A stretch of 64,000 bases of DNA from Patescibacteria group bacterium (GCA_038065955.1 JBBTPY010000003.1:39624-103623); one strand, 5' to 3'; shown: positions 50,166-60,264, counted from the first letter of the stretch. The notes: generated by a model from the letters alone, not told the origin. Numbers and translations: made by a program.

Positions 50166-51872
50166 TTACTCCGAGGAGACGCGTAAAATTTCTTCAATGG
50201 ACGTGAAGCCGGCGGAGATTTTTTCCAGTCCGTCTTCAAAGAGCGTTTTCATTCCTTCTTCGCGCGCTTTCTTGCGAATAACGTGGGCGGGCGAGTTTTT
50301 AAGAATTAAGTCTTTAACGGCGTCGTTGATGAAAATAATTTCAAATATTCCGATTTGCCCCCGATAGCCGCTGAAGCCGCAGACGGAACATCCCTTGGAG
50401 GCGTAAATAATTTTTGGCAGATTTTCTATTTTTAAATTAAGAGTTTTGGCTTGTTTGTTCAGCAATTTTTTGTTTTGTTCGTCTATTTCTTTGGAAGAAA
50501 TGCAAACCGCGCAGAGCCGACGAACCAATCGCTGGGCAATGGCGATATTAAGGGTGGACGCCAACAGAAACGGCTGGATGCCGAGTTCAATCAGGCGCGG
50601 CACGGTCGTCGGCGCGTCGTTGGTGTGTAGGGTGGACAAAAGCAAATGGCCGGTCATAGCGGCGTTAATGGCAATATCGGCGGTTTCCTCGTCTCTGATT
50701 TCGCCGATCATAATAATGTCCGGATTTTGGCGCATCAGGGACCGAAGGCCGGTGGCGAAAGTAATGCCGCCTTTAACATTGACCTGGGTCTGGTTTACCC
50801 GCGGAATATCGTATTCTATCGGGTCTTCAATGGTCGTAATATTCACTTTTGGCGTGTTTAAGATTTCTAAAATCGCGTAAAGAGTGGTGGTTTTGCCGGA
50901 GCCGGTCGGGCCGGTGACTAAAACCAAGCCGTGCGGTTTTTTGACGGCTTCGTTCAGTTTTTCCAGATTTTGGCGGGAAAATCCGAGCTCGGTTAAAGAC
51001 AGCGGCCGGAGAGAGCCTTTTAACAGCCGCATTTCGGCTTTTTCGCCGTGAAAAGTCGGGATTACCGAAACCCGGATATCAATAAATTGGTCTTCCAGTG
51101 GAAAACGAAAACGGCCGTCCTGAGGAGCGTTATGAATGTCTATTTGAAGATTGGAAACGACTTTGATTCTGGCAATTAAAATAGGGGAGATTTCTTTCGG
51201 CAAAGAAAGAATTTCCTGAAGAATTCCGTCCAGGCGGTAGCGGACCAAAAGTTTGTCCCTGAACGGTTCAAAATGAATATCCGAAGCGCCCAATGAGGCG
51301 GCGTGTTCAATGACGCTGTCTAAAATCCTGATAATAGGCACGGCTTCAACGATTTTGGAAATGTTGCCGGTTTCTTTAAGGCCGACGGTCGCTTTGATAT
51401 TTTCTTCAATAATTTTGTTAAAATCTTCGCCGATTTTTCTTTTATACGATTTTAAAGCGTATTTCAGACTTGCCGAGGTGGCCAGATAAACGTTCAGCCA
51501 AGCGTTTAATTTTAAACGAAGATAATTTATGGTTTCAAAATCGTTCGGGTCAGCCATCGCCAAAGAGCCGATTTTTTTCTCGGCGTCAAATTCAAAAAGA
51601 ATGACGCCGCGGCTTTTGGCGTATGATTCCGGAATAAGTTCAATAATGTCGGAATTGAGATTCAGCCGTTCCAATTTAACGCTCGGAACTTCCAAAAAAT
51701 CGGCAAGGGAATCCGTAAGGTTTTGTTCGGAAATGGCGCCGCGGCCTATTAAGACTTCGGTAATCGGCCGGTTGGAGCGCAGAGATTCGTTTTCGGCGGC
51801 AATTAATTCTTCTTCCGCCACAACGCCGGAATCAATAATGATTTTTTTAATATCGTCTTTGGCGAGATGCAT
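50166..51872 (-). CDS. pilB: PilB/GspE extension ATPase
   Basis: ASDIHFEP, PQDGRF, TGPTGSGKTTTLY, TIEDPIEY, RQNPDIIMIGEIRD, TGHLLLSTLHTN, tetracysteine motif. Confidence 0.92.
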   Translation of the reverse strand: MHLAKDDIKKIIIDSGVVAEEELIAAENESLRSNRPITEVLIGRGAISEQNLTDSLADFLEVPSVKLERLNLNSDIIELIPESYAKSRGVILFEFDAEKKIGSLAMADPNDFETINYLRLKLNAWLNVYLATSASLKYALKSYKRKIGEDFNKIIEENIKATVGLKETGNISKIVEAVPIIRILDSVIEHAASLGASDIHFEPFRDKLLVRYRLDGILQEILSLPKEISPILIARIKVVSNLQIDIHNAPQDGRFRFPLEDQFIDIRVSVIPTFHGEKAEMRLLKGSLRPLSLTELGFSRQNLEKLNEAVKKPHGLVLVTGPTGSGKTTTLYAILEILNTPKVNITTIEDPIEYDIPRVNQTQVNVKGGITFATGLRSLMRQNPDIIMIGEIRDEETADIAINAAMTGHLLLSTLHTNDAPTTVPRLIELGIQPFLLASTLNIAIAQRLVRRLCAVCISSKEIDEQNKKLLNKQAKTLNLKIENLPKIIYASKGCSVCGFSGYRGQIGIFEIIFINDAVKDLILKNSPAHVIRKKAREEGMKTLFEDGLEKISAGFTSIEEILRVSSE

Positions 51873-51918
51873 GTTGATAACAAATAACTTATTTATATAA
51901 TAACATAACCGGATTAAA

Positions 51919-51958
51919 AACAAAAACTCCGGTTATCTTATAATCCGGAGTTTTTGTT
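51919..51958. terminator. Intrinsic terminator downstream of the major pilin
   Basis: aacaaaaactccgg...ccggagtttttgtt. Confidence 0.7.
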
Positions 51959-51974
51959 GATGTTTTATTTGATT

Positions 51975-52679
51975 TTAATGTTGATTAGCAGATGCTTGTC
52001 CGCCACCCATAATTGTCAATTTTGTGCCAACTTCATATAAAGAGCTGTTATTGCCGCCGTCTTTCGTCATTTTAGCTCCAATAGAAGAACTTTCCAGTCT
52101 GGCATTAATTTCAAAAGTAAGATCGCTGGAATAACAAGTATAGCGATAAAAAAGATCAGTATATCGAACATCGGAAACTGAGCCATCAACAAAAGAGTTT
52201 GTCGGGTCAAGCGGCATATCGGAAATCGGCGAACCGCCGACTAAACTTGAAAGGTTAACCGGAATCCAACCTGTGCCGTCAACCAAACTTGAACTGGCTA
52301 CCGTTCTTTGGGTTGAAGTTGGGTATGATGTTGCGCTATCAAGTGTTGCATCTGTAATCGCTGCGCCCGGGCTGTCTGATGGATAACTATAATTAATTCC
52401 ATCGCCGCTTGCCCATGATGCGGAATCTTTACAAGTCGTATTGCTTCCGCTATTACCTAAATATATTGTGCTTGTAGTTTTAGTGATATAAAGCGCGATG
52501 GCGGTTTTCATGGTCGCTAAATCCGAAACTCTTTGGGCGTCCCGCGTTTCTCTTAATGTTTCGGCCGGGTTAAGGACGAAAATAGCCACTGCGGCTAAAA
52601 TAGCCATAATGGCGATAACGATTAAAAGCTCAAGTAATGTGAAACCTTTTTTGGGCGATATTGAATTATTGTTAGTCAT
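51975..52679 (-). CDS. Type IV pilin, likely major pilin
   Basis: KKG|FTLLELLIVIAIMAILA; RDAQRVSDL; own terminator. Confidence 0.88.
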   Translation of the reverse strand: MTNNNSISPKKGFTLLELLIVIAIMAILAAVAIFVLNPAETLRETRDAQRVSDLATMKTAIALYITKTTSTIYLGNSGSNTTCKDSASWASGDGINYSYPSDSPGAAITDATLDSATSYPTSTQRTVASSSLVDGTGWIPVNLSSLVGGSPISDMPLDPTNSFVDGSVSDVRYTDLFYRYTCYSSDLTFEINARLESSSIGAKMTKDGGNNSSLYEVGTKLTIMGGGQASANQH

Positions 52680-52722
52680 ATATTTATTTTACAAGAAATT
52701 GAACAAAATACAAAATTAAATC

Positions 52723-52731
52723 TGTGGATAA
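52723..52731 (-). promoter_or_regulatory. Perfect DnaA box upstream of the pilin
   Basis: TGTGGATAA. Confidence 0.45.
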
Positions 52732-52740
52732 CTTTAGTGG

Positions 52741-53115
52741 TTATTTTATATATTTCAGCGCTTTGGCGATGACGTCGTCAATTCTGGTGTCGGCTTTTAT
52801 TAAATAATCTTTTACGCCAAGATTTTTAGCTCTTTCCATATCCGCTTCCTGGCTTAAATTGGAAAGAATAATCACTGGAACGTTTTGCCATTTTTTATTT
52901 TTTCTCATTGTTTCCAGTATTTCAAATCCCGAGACGAAAGGGAGCATTAAATCCAAAAGCGCGACTGCCGGCGGTTCGTTATTTTCCCCGATAAATTTAA
53001 CCGCTTCATTGCCGTCGCTTACGGATTTTATTTCAACGCCGGCTTTGGCGAATTTCATCTGGTAAGCTTTTTGCGCCAAAAGGTCGTCTTCAATTATTAA
53101 GACATAATTTTTCAT
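52741..53115 (-). CDS. Single-domain response regulator (receiver)
   Basis: LIIEDD, LLDLMLP..SGFE, VIILSN, YLIK. Confidence 0.92.
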   Translation of the reverse strand: MKNYVLIIEDDLLAQKAYQMKFAKAGVEIKSVSDGNEAVKFIGENNEPPAVALLDLMLPFVSGFEILETMRKNKKWQNVPVIILSNLSQEADMERAKNLGVKDYLIKADTRIDDVIAKALKYIK

Positions 53116-53477
53116 ATATGCTTCGTCACGCGGCTAATGATTTCATCAAGTTTATATTCGCTTTTGACGAGGTAATCGGTTATGCCTAATTTTTCCGCTT
53201 TTTCTTTTATTTCTTCTCCGCCGGAAACGGAAACAATGACGACTTTTTTATCCTTAAATCGCGAATCGTTTCTTAATATCTTTAAAAAATCCAAACCATG
53301 CATTTTAGGCAAGCGCAAATCAAGCCAAATCAAATCAATATCGTTCTTTTTCATAATTTCCAACGCTTCCTCGGCCGATGGAACGGCGGAAACGTTAAAA
53401 TCAAGCTTCGCCAATTTCAATTTAACGGCTTCGGCCAAAGGTTTTTCGTCTTCAACCACTAAAATAGTTTTTGTCAT
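53112..53477 (-). CDS. Single-domain response regulator (receiver)
   Basis: ILVVEDE, WLDLRLPKMHG, YLVK. Confidence 0.92.
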   Translation of the reverse strand: MTKTILVVEDEKPLAEAVKLKLAKLDFNVSAVPSAEEALEIMKKNDIDLIWLDLRLPKMHGLDFLKILRNDSRFKDKKVVIVSVSGGEEIKEKAEKLGITDYLVKSEYKLDEIISRVTKHI

Positions 53478-55084
53478 AATGGTATAGTGAAATAAAATGC
53501 CGTTCCTTTTTTTTCTTTGCCCCAATCGGCCGGCGATTCAAACCAAATTTTTCCTTTCCATAATTCTACCAGATTTTTAACCAGATACAAACCGAGGCCG
53601 TTTCCGTCCGGCGCTTTCAAGACCGCGTTTTCGGCCCGGAAAAATCTTTCAAAAAGACGGGCTTGCTCTTCCGGCGGAACGCCGATGCCGTTATCTTTGA
53701 CGGAATAAAGTATTTCATTTTCCCGGCGCCCGATTTTAATTTCTATTTTTCCTTTTTCGTCAGAATAACGGATGGAATTCGTTAGCAGATTGGAAATTAC
53801 CTGATTAATCATCAGAGAATCAAGCGTGATTTCCGGCAATTGATTTTCCGCGACGATTTCAATTTTAATATTTTTCGGTTTAATCAGCGGTTCCAAATCT
53901 TTTATTATTCCTTCAGTAAAATTATGAAGATTGATTTTCAATGGATTGAGTTTGAGAAGGCCGCTTTCAATCCGGGCGAGCGCCAAAAGCATATTCAAAG
54001 TGCCGGCAAGCCGCAAAACGGCGCTGTAAATTTCATTAAGAAAACTCTTTTGGTTTTTATTGAGTTTGCCGACGTCTTCCGATTCAAGCATTTCCGTGTA
54101 CCATCTGATGGTCGTTAAAGGAGTGCGCAATTGATGGGAAGCGATTGAAATAAAATTAGTTTTAGATTCGTCAAGTTTTTTCTCATTAGTAATATCGCGG
54201 AAAATAATAATGGCGCCGATTGTTTCATTTCCCCTTTTAAGGGGAGTGTCAACAAGAGTAATGGGAAATTTTTTGCCGGAAGGAAGCGAATAATAAAAAT
54301 CGTCTTCTATTCCTATTTTTATGGTTTGACCGGTTTTTAACATTTTTGCCGCTGGCAAGTCATCACCGGATATTTCTTGTTTCCCTTTATAAAGTGATAA
54401 AATTTCTTTTCTGTTTTTGCCGAGCGCTTTTTCCGCCGAGATTTCAAGCATTTGAGCGGCCGCGTCGTTGATTAAAACAACGCGCAGATTGTTATCAAGG
54501 ACAAAAAGCCCCTCGCCCATTGAAGAAATAATCGTGTTTAATTTATCGCGTTCATTTTTTAAAACATCCCGATTTTTCTCAATGTCTTCAAGAATATTAT
54601 AAAGGGCGATTTTTATGTTTTCCAAATTTTTGACTTTTTGGACGATTTCTTCGGTTTTTTCTTTCACTTTTCGCTCCAATCCGCCGTAAGATTCTTTTAA
54701 TTTCGCCGACATTTCATCAAATGATTTTGCCAATTGGTCAATTTCGTTTTCCGGCTGAATTTCCGTTTTGTCGCGGACTTTATAATTCAGATTTCCATCG
54801 GCTATTATTTCCGCGCCTTGATGAAGTTTTTTCAGAGGATTAATAATAGTCCTTTTTAAACTGAAATAAATCGCGGTTATTAAAATTAAAATTAAAACAA
54901 TAAGAATCGCGGTAAGGAAAATTACGTTTTGTTCAATTATTTTAGCCGTTAAATCGGCTGAGATTTCCGATTTCGTTAGAACGCCTTTGAAAAATTTAAT
55001 AAAAACGGCGCCTCCGACAAAAAGCGCGAAAGCGACCGTAGCCGCGATATCAAATATAATTTTTACGATGATTGACCTTTTCAT
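53474..55084 (-). CDS. HAMP-PAS sensor histidine kinase
   Basis: ASHQLRTPL H-box, NLLTNSIRY, DNGIG, GNGLGL. Confidence 0.93.
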   Translation of the reverse strand: MKRSIIVKIIFDIAATVAFALFVGGAVFIKFFKGVLTKSEISADLTAKIIEQNVIFLTAILIVLILILITAIYFSLKRTIINPLKKLHQGAEIIADGNLNYKVRDKTEIQPENEIDQLAKSFDEMSAKLKESYGGLERKVKEKTEEIVQKVKNLENIKIALYNILEDIEKNRDVLKNERDKLNTIISSMGEGLFVLDNNLRVVLINDAAAQMLEISAEKALGKNRKEILSLYKGKQEISGDDLPAAKMLKTGQTIKIGIEDDFYYSLPSGKKFPITLVDTPLKRGNETIGAIIIFRDITNEKKLDESKTNFISIASHQLRTPLTTIRWYTEMLESEDVGKLNKNQKSFLNEIYSAVLRLAGTLNMLLALARIESGLLKLNPLKINLHNFTEGIIKDLEPLIKPKNIKIEIVAENQLPEITLDSLMINQVISNLLTNSIRYSDEKGKIEIKIGRRENEILYSVKDNGIGVPPEEQARLFERFFRAENAVLKAPDGNGLGLYLVKNLVELWKGKIWFESPADWGKEKKGTAFYFTIPL

Positions 55085-56077
55085 TTACGCGATTATCAGC
55101 CAATAACCCAATATAAAAACGGCTATCGCTCCCAGCCAAATGAGAAGACCAAGAATCAGCGGTCTGAATAAATCTTTTAATAATCCCTTTATGTCTATGG
55201 TCAAGCCGATGCTTGCCATCGCCAATGTCCAGAGAATCGCGGAATAAGGTTTAAGCGTTTTGGCGTACGCCGTCAATTCCGGAACAAAAGAAAATAAAAT
55301 TCCCGTTATAACAAAGCCCGCCAACGCCCAGTAAATCAGAAACGGCGATTGATTTTCTTCAGATTGTTGTTGCTCTTTCCGAAAAATAAAAACTAAAACA
55401 GCGAGAATCGGGATTATCAAAGCGGTTCTCGCCAGTTTTATTGACAAGGCGAACGCTTCAATATTTTTGCCTAAAAATAAAACCGCGGTTTTGACGGTGC
55501 CGGTGGTGTGCAGAGTGGTAGCGGCGAACAAAGCGTAAATGTCTTCCGGCATCGCTAAAAATTTCTGGACAAAAGGATAAAGAAACGCGCCGATTATTCC
55601 CCAAAAAACTACGACTAAAATCGCTTTGCTTACGTCTTTTTTTTCGGCTTTTATCGCCGGACCGGCCATCATTACCGCTGAAGCGCCGCAAATGGCCGTG
55701 CCGATTGCCGTTAAAACGCCGGTTTTTTCGCTTACTTTAAGCCATCGTCCGAGAAAATCCGCCAGCCAAAAAATAATCACAATGCCAACCAGCATTTGAA
55801 GCCACGCCATCGGCATTACTTTTGAAAGTTTCTGAAATTCCAGGTTTACGCCGTACAGAACGATGCCAACGGGAATAATCAAACGCGGAGTAAGTCCCAA
55901 GCCCGGCGAAAACAAAGGTCTGGCGCCGATTATTAATCTGACCAAGAGCCCAAGTAAAATTCCGTTGACCAGCGGGTCAAACAAAATATGAAATTGGGAT
56001 AAATAATAAGCGGCCGAGCCGATAATGACGCTAAAAATTAAACCGGGTAAGAACCGCAAAATTTTATTATTCATCAT
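55085..56077 (-). CDS. YeiH / putative sulfate exporter family membrane protein
   Basis: GIVLYG, GTAICGASAV, IKLAR, AMASIGL. Confidence 0.85.
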   Translation of the reverse strand: MMNNKILRFLPGLIFSVIIGSAAYYLSQFHILFDPLVNGILLGLLVRLIIGARPLFSPGLGLTPRLIIPVGIVLYGVNLEFQKLSKVMPMAWLQMLVGIVIIFWLADFLGRWLKVSEKTGVLTAIGTAICGASAVMMAGPAIKAEKKDVSKAILVVVFWGIIGAFLYPFVQKFLAMPEDIYALFAATTLHTTGTVKTAVLFLGKNIEAFALSIKLARTALIIPILAVLVFIFRKEQQQSEENQSPFLIYWALAGFVITGILFSFVPELTAYAKTLKPYSAILWTLAMASIGLTIDIKGLLKDLFRPLILGLLIWLGAIAVFILGYWLIIA

Positions 56078-57369
56078 AAATTTTTCTTTAATTCTTCAAG
56101 TTCTTTTTTTAATTCTATCATTTTTAATTCTCTGCCAATAGTGAGATTTTTGAATTTTTCAAGCTCCGCCAGTTTTTCTTCTATTTTCACGTCTTTTTCT
56201 TTTAATTCTTTCTGGTTTTTTTCAATATTATTAAGCATTTCGTTGAAAATTTCGCCGAGAGAACCGATTTCGTCTTTGGATTTTATGTTTGTTCGGGCGC
56301 TGAAATTATTTTCGGAAATTTTTTTCGCGATTTCGGCGATTGACGTCAGGCCTTTTAAAAGCCAATTACTCAATAAGGCGATGCCGGCAATAGTTAAAAT
56401 TAAAATAAAAATTCCGCCAAAAATAATCCGCTCTTGAATTTTTTTAAGCAGAGACAAAATTTCCGCCGATTGAGCTTCCACTATTAAAACAATCTCGTCT
56501 TTTTCAATACACATTGACGCTCCTAAAACCTTTTTGCCGTCATAATTCAAATATTCGCCGGCCATTTCCAGATTATTTTCAAAACAGGCGCTAACCGGCT
56601 CAGTGTCAACTTTATGTTTTAAAATATTGTATTCAATAAAGCGGGATTGGGTAATCATCAGCCGGTCTTTGTTTACCAGATAAATTTCCGCGGTTTGATA
56701 TTCGTCAAAAAAGGCGGCGCCGGTAAGCGCTCCTTTTTCTTTTTGCCATTTGCCGCTTAAGAGAGCGCTTAATCTGTCGGTGTTTACGAAATGGAGCAGC
56801 ATTACGGCGTCAAGGGGAACGAATTTTTTGTCCGCGGATTCTTTGGTTGAAAAAATTCTGGCGGAAATGTGAATCATTGGTTCGGAGCTTTCATATTCTT
56901 CGTAAACTACCGGAGCCACGAGCGCTTCTCCGAATCCGGCGGCAATGGCTTCATGAAATCTTATGTTTTCGTCGCTTTCGTCTTCGCCGATTCTGTCGGC
57001 CAAAGAAGAAGATATGACAATTCCGTCTTTATTTAGTATGTCAATAATAACCACTTCCGGGTCGTAAATAATCTTTTTTTCTTTCAGATAAAAATTCAGA
57101 TTTTTAACGGATTCTTTTTTGCCCGATAAAATCTCTTCAACGGCGTTTCGGATATAACCGTCCGAAGACCAGTCAATGGTTCTTGTTTTTAGCGATTCAA
57201 TAAAAGAAAAATAAGAGCCTTCGCTGGTTTCCGCCAAAAGTTGAAAATTATCAATCGTTCGAGCTTTGAAATAATTTTTTAAGTAAGCGTTTAAATAAAA
57301 AGTCAGGCCGGCAATCATTAAAACAATAACGCCGGAAAAAAATAAAATAAATTTTATTCGGAGATTCAT
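56074..57369 (-). CDS. Membrane sensor with Cache-like and HAMP domains, no kinase domain
   Basis: 2 TMs; EIYLVNKD.LMIT.SRF; DEIGSLGEIFNEM; ends in a coiled coil GRELKMIELK. Confidence 0.75.
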   Translation of the reverse strand: MNLRIKFILFFSGVIVLMIAGLTFYLNAYLKNYFKARTIDNFQLLAETSEGSYFSFIESLKTRTIDWSSDGYIRNAVEEILSGKKESVKNLNFYLKEKKIIYDPEVVIIDILNKDGIVISSSLADRIGEDESDENIRFHEAIAAGFGEALVAPVVYEEYESSEPMIHISARIFSTKESADKKFVPLDAVMLLHFVNTDRLSALLSGKWQKEKGALTGAAFFDEYQTAEIYLVNKDRLMITQSRFIEYNILKHKVDTEPVSACFENNLEMAGEYLNYDGKKVLGASMCIEKDEIVLIVEAQSAEILSLLKKIQERIIFGGIFILILTIAGIALLSNWLLKGLTSIAEIAKKISENNFSARTNIKSKDEIGSLGEIFNEMLNNIEKNQKELKEKDVKIEEKLAELEKFKNLTIGRELKMIELKKELEELKKNL

Positions 57370-57427
57370 AATTTAAGCGTCAAATATCGGCTGTTTATTT
57401 TTTATAATATTATTATATAATAATATT

Positions 57428-58657
57428 ATGCCGCTGTATAGTTATAAAGCCGTTGATAAAAATGGTTCGCCGACATCGGGAGAAATTTTGGCGGACAGCC
57501 GCGAAGAAGCGGTGGAAAATCTTTCGCGCGACGGATTATTGCCGATTATCGTTGAAGAAAAATCCGTCGGCAAGCTTTCGCAGTTTTCCGATTTGGCGCA
57601 ATTTTTTCCGTTTTTTCAGAAAATCGGCGCCATTGACAAAATTCTCTTAACCCGTTATTTGGCCGCGATTTTGAAAGCCGGCATCGGGTTGGCGGAAGCT
57701 TTGGAAATTATTTTAAACGACGCGAAAAAACCTTTGATTAGAAAAATTCTTCTGGAAATTAAAGCCGGCGTGGAAAGAGGGGAACCGCTTTCATCAATGT
57801 TCGCCGATTATCCGCGATATTTTTCCCCGATTTTTGTCGGGATGATAAAAGCCGGCGAACTTTCGGGCAGTTTGGAAAGCGCTCTGGAAAATCTTTCCGG
57901 CCAATTAATAAGGGATTACGACTTGTTAAAAAGGGTGAGAATGGCGATGATTTATCCGCTGATTCTTTTAATCGGTTCCGCCGGCATTATCGTGCTGATG
58001 ATGACTTTTGTTTTGCCGCGGATGGCGAAAGCTTTCAAAGGCATGCTCGCCGAATTGCCCCTGATTACGAGATTTTTTATCGCTTTAAGCGATTATTTAA
58101 GCAGAAGCCCGATTTTAACGATTTCCGTTTTTTTTATTTTAATCGCCGCGGGCTTTTATTTTTCCCGTTCGGTTTTCGGCAAAAAAATCATTTTCCGCGT
58201 TTTTGAAAAATTGCCGGTCGCTTCGGAACTTGTCAAGAAATTGGCACTGGCGCGTTTCAGCCGAACTTTCAAAAATCTTTTGGGAAGCGGCGTTTCGGCT
58301 ATTGAAGCGATTGAAATGAGCGCTTTAACGGTCGGCAATCCGACTTATCAGAAGTCGTTTTTGAATATTATGGAAGAATTAAAAAAGGGGTCAAATTTTT
58401 CCGCGGTTTTCAAATCGCGTCCCGCTCTTTACCCGAGTTTTTTTGCCAATATCATCGCCATCGGCGAACGAACCGGCACTTTGGAAAAATCGCTGGAAAC
58501 TTTAAGCGCGTTTTACGAAGAAGAAGTGGACGGACTTTTGAAAAATCTGGTTTCGCTTTTGGAACCGCTGCTGATTTTTGCAATGGGTATAATTGTGGCA
58601 ATGGTGGCTTTGTCCGTGCTTTTGCCGATATTCCGAATGGTCAGAATGTTTCAGTGA
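57428..58657 (+). CDS. pilC: PilC/GspF platform protein
   Basis: YSYKAVD..G, AGELSGSLE, AMIYP, IGERTGTLE, LLEP. Confidence 0.92.
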   Translation: MPLYSYKAVDKNGSPTSGEILADSREEAVENLSRDGLLPIIVEEKSVGKLSQFSDLAQFFPFFQKIGAIDKILLTRYLAAILKAGIGLAEALEIILNDAKKPLIRKILLEIKAGVERGEPLSSMFADYPRYFSPIFVGMIKAGELSGSLESALENLSGQLIRDYDLLKRVRMAMIYPLILLIGSAGIIVLMMTFVLPRMAKAFKGMLAELPLITRFFIALSDYLSRSPILTISVFFILIAAGFYFSRSVFGKKIIFRVFEKLPVASELVKKLALARFSRTFKNLLGSGVSAIEAIEMSALTVGNPTYQKSFLNIMEELKKGSNFSAVFKSRPALYPSFFANIIAIGERTGTLEKSLETLSAFYEEEVDGLLKNLVSLLEPLLIFAMGIIVAMVALSVLLPIFRMVRMFQ

Positions 58658-58665
58658 GGGTAAAT

Positions 58666-58778
58666 TGACATCTAACATCTGACAACTGACATATTAATAA
58701 TTTTAATAAAATATAATGAATCAGATAAATAAATGTCAAAAGTCAGATGTCAGATGTCGTGTCAGCTGTCAGTTGTCT
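58666..58778. repeat. Inverted 7-mer arrays, cargo-less homolog of 46194-46554
   Basis: TGACANN x4 / NNTGTCA x~7; spacer matches both ends of the four-helix-bundle gene. Confidence 0.85.
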
Positions 58779-59237
58779 GGCTTCTCTCTTTTAGAATTGA
58801 TTTTGGTAATCGGAATTCTGGTTATTATCAGCGGTGTTGTTTCGCCATTTTTATTCGGCGGCAAAACTTCAATTGAAGTGGAGGAAGAAGCGAAAAAAAT
58901 AGCCGGCGTTTTGCGGCTGGCGCAAAATAAGGCGATGAGCCGCGAAGATGGATTAAGCTGGGGAGTTCATTTTGACAACATTACTTCAACGGAGCCGTTT
59001 TATGATTTTTTTCAGGGGAACAGCTATACGGCCGGCACTTCTACGGAACGATATTATTTATCCGGCGTCGTTGTTTTTCAAACGCCGGCAAGCGGCACTT
59101 CAACCGACATAATTTTTATTAAGCGCAGCGGCAGTTTGGCAAACGGAACGACTACGACTATTGCCGTAAAATCGCTTTCGCCGGAAATTATTAAAAATGT
59201 CATTATTTATCCAAACGGCAGGGTTAACGCGCAGTAA
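58716..59237 (+). CDS. FimT/GspH-like minor prepilin
   Basis: G|FSLLELILVIGIL; LRLAQNKAM; I.PNGRV. Confidence 0.85.
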   Translation: MNQINKCQKSDVRCRVSCQLSGFSLLELILVIGILVIISGVVSPFLFGGKTSIEVEEEAKKIAGVLRLAQNKAMSREDGLSWGVHFDNITSTEPFYDFFQGNSYTAGTSTERYYLSGVVVFQTPASGTSTDIIFIKRSGSLANGTTTTIAVKSLSPEIIKNVIIYPNGRVNAQ

Positions 59238-59239
59238 TC

Positions 59240-59917
59240 ATGAAAAATAAAGGCCAAATTTTGTCGGAACTTTTAATCGCCATTGCCGTCGGCGTGGTTT
59301 TAGCCGTTGTCGGGGCCCAGCTTATAATCGTCAGTTTGACTTCAACTAAAACTTCCAAAGAAAAAAGCGAGGCAATCGGTTTGGCGCAGGAAGGAATGGA
59401 GGCGACAAGGGCTATTATCCGCGGCAATGACGCGACATCGCAGGGTTGGAACAGAATTTATTTGCCGCCGGACGGAACGGGCAACGCTTCAACTTCAAAA
59501 GGAACCAACAGCCCTTGGCATCCGGAAATTATCGGCAATGTCTGGCAATTGGTTTCAAGCACCGAAACCATAGTTTTGGCGGGAGAGACATACACGAGAA
59601 AAATTATCATTGAAAATGTCTGCCGCAACGATACCGACGGAACGATAAGCGGCATTTCTCCTTGTACCGGAGGAAATTCGGACGACCCGACCACTCAAAA
59701 AATCACCGTCAGCGTTTCCAAAACGGACGCGCCGGACGTAAACTTAATCGCTTATATGAGCCGTTATATAAATGAATCAATGCTCCAAACCGGCTGGAAC
59801 GGGGGATTAAACGACGGGCCGTTTTCCGCCACTTCCACGACTAACACCAATTACGGCGCCAATACCGAAACAACTAAACTCGATTTAATAACAGAAATTA
59901 AATTAAAAACGCAGTAA
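59240..59917 (+). CDS. PilV/GspI-like minor prepilin
   Basis: KG|QILSELLIAIAV; A..LAQEGMEATR; YTRKI.IENVCR. Confidence 0.8.
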   Translation: MKNKGQILSELLIAIAVGVVLAVVGAQLIIVSLTSTKTSKEKSEAIGLAQEGMEATRAIIRGNDATSQGWNRIYLPPDGTGNASTSKGTNSPWHPEIIGNVWQLVSSTETIVLAGETYTRKIIIENVCRNDTDGTISGISPCTGGNSDDPTTQKITVSVSKTDAPDVNLIAYMSRYINESMLQTGWNGGLNDGPFSATSTTNTNYGANTETTKLDLITEIKLKTQ

Positions 59918-59924
59918 AATTTAA

Positions 59925-59941
59925 CTGCGGGACTTGGATTC
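59925..59941. repeat. 17-bp duplicate of the tRNA-Gln 3' end (att-like)
   Basis: ctgcgggacttggattc is identical to 60293-60309. Confidence 0.85.
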
Positions 59942-60021
59942 TCTTCGGCCTTCGGCTCGCATTGAGCTCGCCGAAATGCTCAGAGCAAGTCATCCAAGCC
60001 CACAATAAATCGTCAAACTCA

Positions 60022-60264
60022 TTACAAGCTATTATGTATTAAGGCAAATTTCTTCTTCCTACTCCATCCTTTAAGTTGCCGCTCTCGTTTTGCGGCTTCT
60101 GTTTTTGAATTAAATTGCTCTTTATAAACCATTTCCAATTTAGAAAACTTTTTTGTAAAAAATGATTTCTTATTTCTGTGCTCTATAAATCTAGACTCTA
60201 AATCATTTGTCATACCGACGTAAAAAGTTTTCTTATCGCAATTTAATATATAGATATACCACAT
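60022..60264 (-). CDS. Small GIY-YIG nuclease (YazA/UPF0213-like)
   Basis: WYIYIL...FYVGMTNDLESRFIEH; A.KRERQLKGWSRKKK. Confidence 0.9.
   Translation of the reverse strand: MWYIYILNCDKKTFYVGMTNDLESRFIEHRNKKSFFTKKFSKLEMVYKEQFNSKTEAAKRERQLKGWSRKKKFALIHNSL

Noticed and set aside
46194-58778. Heptamer arrays as CRISPR repeats
   Set aside because: Units are 7 nt and contiguous, with no unique spacers and no cas genes.
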